From Ylistrum balloti (taxonomy: Eukaryota), in NCBI RefSeq assembly GCF_031769215.1, contig NW_026781950.1, forward strand, positions 310,001 through 374,000: 64,000 nucleotides of DNA, given 5' to 3'. Numbering within the stretch: the stretch's first letter is position 1; every line of letters starts with the position of its first letter. The translations under genes were made by a program, and so were the position numbers. This document shows positions 60,201 through 64,000 of this stretch, piece after piece. The notes under the pieces are model-generated. The model had not been told where the DNA came from. It ran no database searches and saw only the letters and a list, made by a program, of their open reading frames with translations.

Positions 60201-63200
60201 CAATTAGTTCTGATAACATTATACATGGTTGGGTAAATATATGTACACGGTCCGTGGGGTCGGGGATTTGTATCTGGAAGCCTGACAACAGAATATTGAT
60301 AATATTAAACACACACCTTATCAGGCCGAGAGTCCTGATAACAGCCAGAGGGCTGATAAGGATGTGATATTAAAACGGTTATATAATAGTCTTTTTATCA
60401 CACGTTTTTTATAACTCATCCAACTTGACAACTCTCGCAGCATGTACTTCTAAAATTGCCTCTCCATTATTAGTCCTCGTCGCCATGCTTAGCTATTAAC
60501 GTTTTTAAAAAGGGAAACCAACCAGAAACGGCACAATCCGGAAATTTGAGTGGGATTCTAAATTGGTGTTTCGTAAGAAAAAAAATCATTTCTTCTAAGC
60601 CAACCACACTTATGTTAAATTTACACACCGATAAGCGGAAGTGACAGAATATAAAACATTGAGAGGGAGTGTGATATCACTTTCAAGAGGTCTTAATATC
60701 ACTTTGTGGAAATTCAGACTTATCACACATACAAAAACGGTGTTATTAGTAGTAAATATGATAACAGTTGATACGACTCGTTGAGTCAGGGTTTGTACTT
60801 CGATACTTAACGATATTACGTAAACTGAATCCCTGGGTCGAGAAATGTGCCACAATTCTTTTATACATACCTCGATCAGCAAACGCTCTGAAGACATAGT
60901 CGTTCCCATGGCATAGGTCACATGGTGTTATTCACTCACGTGTTATACATTCACAAAGACATTTCCAGAAATTCGTATATCGAAACTGAAAGTAGTCCAC
61001 TTCCATACAACTCCCAGTTAGAATTTTTACATACGGGACACAGCAATGTTAATGTAGTAGAGAATGGACAACAAAAAACAATGATAATTCTACCAAACTA
61101 AATGTACCATACTTAAATTACTCAGCAGGTTTAACCTTTTGACATTTGTATTCTAAAGCAAATTACAGCTCCATTGTAGAAAGTAAAATTAACAGGGCCC
61201 CAGCTCCAATGTAGAAAGTAAAATTAACAGGGCCCCAGCTCCATTGTAGAAAATAAAAGTAACATAGTCCCAGTTCCATTGTAGAAAGTAAAATTAACAT
61301 AGCCCCAGTTCCAATGTAGAAAGTAAAAGTAACATAGCCCCAGCTCCATTGTAGAAAGTAAAATTAACATAGCCCCAGGTCCGTTGTAGAAAGTAAAAGT
61401 AACATAGCCCCACCTCCATTGTAGAAAGTAAAAATAACATAGCTCCAGCTCCAGCTCAAATATAGAAAGGAAAATAACAGGGCCCCAGCTCAAATATAGA
61501 AAGGAAAATAACAGGGCCCCAGCTCAAATATAGAAAGGAAAATAACAGGGCCCCAGCTCCAATGTAGAAAGTAAAATTAACAGGGCCCCAGCTCCATTGT
61601 AGAAAGTAAAAGTAACATAGCCCCAGCTCAAATATGGAAAGTAAAAGCAACAGGGCCCCAACTCCAATGAAGAAAGTAAAATTAACAGGGCCCCAGCTCC
61701 AATATAGAAAGTAAAAGTAACATAGCCCCAGCTCCAATGTAGAAAGTAAAATATCTAAAGTTTAAAAAAAATCAACAACATTACTCAAAAAACTCCAAAG
61801 AATGGCATTTTATGTTAAGTCGAAAATGTTTCGTACGACCCATGGCTTATATTCCACTTCAGATATATGTATATAAAGAAAGCAATGGAACATCTATTCT
61901 AATATACTGATACCTAATGATAATACCTACCTTAATATTTAGTTGAAATGTACAATTTTATACACAAACTAGTCAATATTCATTCTAAATGTACAAAAAA
62001 ATCATACAGATATTTCTGTCTTACTCTCGTCAAAAAAAGTCTGTCTTTCTGTCTGTTGTCTCTGTATGTCGGCCACTTTTCTCTAGTCCTGGATTTAATG
62101 AGTAAATAATCAATTTTATCGCCTCAATTCAAGTATGCATACTTACATAAGATCGTAGTGGTTAAGTTTTGTCTTCCTTTTTGTCAGATGTTGACATGCC
62201 GTCATGAAATGGTCGCGTCGATTTGCCTGATCATGCATATATTAACCCTCGTCCACGTAACATCCGCTTTATGGCTTACAGAAAACGAAAGTGAAACATG
62301 ATATCACAGACAATACACACTGACCGAGTTCATCGCTTACGCCGTAGTTTACAAAAATTACATGTGCTCTATTTTTAGTGTCTAGAAGATTGATTTTCGT
62401 ATGTTGAATTGAAATAATGAATGTGTGTGCTCTGTCGATGTAATTTACAATTAGTTCTGATAACATTATACATGGTTGGGTAAATATATGTACACGGTCC
62501 GTGGGGTCGGGGATTTGTATCTGGAAGCCTGACAACAGAATATTGATAATATTAAACACACACCTTATCAGGCCGAGAGTCCTGATAACAGCCAGAGGGC
62601 TGATAAGGATGTGATATTAAAACGGTTATATAATAGTCTTTTTATCACACGTTTTTTATAACTCATCCAACTTGACAACTCTCGCAGCATGTACTTCTAA
62701 AATTGCCCCTCCATTATTAGTCCTCGTCGCCATGCTTAGCTATTAACGTTTTTAAAAAGGGAAACCAACCAGAAACGGCACAATCCGGAAATTTGAGTGG
62801 GATTCTAAATTGGTGTTTCGTAAGAAAAAAAATCATTTCTTCTAAGCCAACCACACTTATGTTAAATTTACACACCGATAAGCGGAAGTGACAGAATATA
62901 AAACATTGAGAGGGAGTGTGATATCACTTTCAAGAGGTCTTAATATCACTTTGTGGAAATTCAGACTTATCACACATACAAAAACGGTGTTATTAGTAGT
63001 AAATATGATAACAGTTGATACGACTCGTTGAGTCAGGGTTTGTACTTCGATACTTAACGATATTACGTAAACTGAATCCCTGGGTCGAGAATTGTGCCAC
63101 AATTCTTTTATACATACCTCGATCAGCAAACGCTCTGAAGACATAGTCGTTCCCATGGCATAGGTCACATGGTGTTATTCACTCACGTGTTATACATTCA

Positions 63201-63408
63201 CAAAGACATTTCCAGAAATTCGTATATCGAAACTGAAAGTAGTCCACTTCCATACAACTCCCAGTTAGAATTTTTACATACGGGACACGGCAATGTTAAT
63301 GTAGTAGAGAATGGACAACAAAATACAATGATAATTCTACCAAACTAAACGTACCATACTTAAATTACTCCGCAGATTTAACCTTTTGACATTTGTATTC
63401 TAAAGCAA
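57275..63408. repeat. 2248-bp macro-repeat: 1.64-kb unique block plus 0.6-kb minisatellite block; two full units and a third unique block
   Basis: ATCAACAACATTACTC at 57275, 59523 and 61771; identical small ORFs recur at 57774/60022/62269 and 58362/60610/62857; similarity ends at 63408. Confidence 0.93.
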
Positions 63409-64000
63409 TCTCTGATCTTTACCTTTTTCAACACGGATTATCAAACACTGTAGTGTTATGTGAATATTCTTTGGAAATCGAACGTCCGGTTAACGGACTT
63501 AGTTGTATATCTAATTCCGTGCTTTGAGATAACTGTCTTGATTTTTTCGACAAATTTCGCTATTTAATGAAATGTGAAAGAAATGAAACAATATGATGAA
63601 ATTAAAATTTACTAAGAGATCTGTAAATAATCTTATAAATCAACTCGAACTAGAAGAACATTGTCTCTGGTAACGTATATATTTCAATATGGATATGTCT
63701 TATCATTTATTTATTTATTTATTTATTTATTTATTGATCTATTCTTATTCATTTATATTCCCCGAGTTTCAAAGCTAAAGGATTCACATTCAATCAACAC
63801 AACCCGATTACAGTTACCAGTATAGATTTTCAGGTTTGTCATAAAATCGTTTTCAAATGACTTTTGTTGATATATATTATTATTACATGTATTAATGTAT
63901 TTCAAATACCCGAGAATCTTGCAGATATTTTAAATATAATCCAGGTATACCTAATACACAGCAGATATTCAAGAATCATACAGGTAACTTCATAGCCATA

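Noticed and set aside
55415-61737. Hydrophobic repetitive ORFs (MELGLCYFYFL...) resembling membrane proteins
   Set aside because: They are read-throughs of the 35-bp minisatellite; the frame shifts every unit and there is no splice or domain support.
57663-63168. Triplicated small ORFs (75, 96 and 103 aa) as a tandem gene family
   Set aside because: They use non-ATG or weak starts, overlap on opposite strands and have no recognisable domains; identity simply reflects the recent DNA duplication.

Overview
AT-rich animal genomic DNA with spliceosomal introns. The repeat families suggest a bivalve mollusc (inference). There are four protein-coding genes, all assembled by hand from splice sites. 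(1) A sorbitol dehydrogenase, SORD-A, on the minus strand: ATG at 6258, exons 1-6 in the window, running off the left edge. (2) A complete 9-exon, 348-aa paralog, SORD-B, on the plus strand (11744-25393), head-to-head with SORD-A and carrying unusual substrate-pocket residues. (3) A 250-aa selenocysteine iodothyronine deiodinase nested antisense in SORD-B intron 3, with an in-frame TGA and a clear 3'UTR SECIS; the ORF track splits it in two. (4) A complete 7-exon, about 4351-aa sacsin-like gene on the minus strand (33884-54404): three GHKL-type repeats, a J-domain and a HEPN domain, with a 10.8-kb exon. Mobile DNA comprises four LINE fragments, a Helentron-type element and a TA-flanked TIR element that carries LINE RT sequence and sits in the SORD-B proximal promoter. 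The sacsin-like gene is surrounded by unrelated tandem arrays (107, 55, 46 and 35 bp) and by a chimeric 2248-bp macro-repeat. No rRNA, tRNA or CRISPR array was found. All coordinates were counted by eye, and comparisons to human proteins and exon sizes are from memory and need checking.
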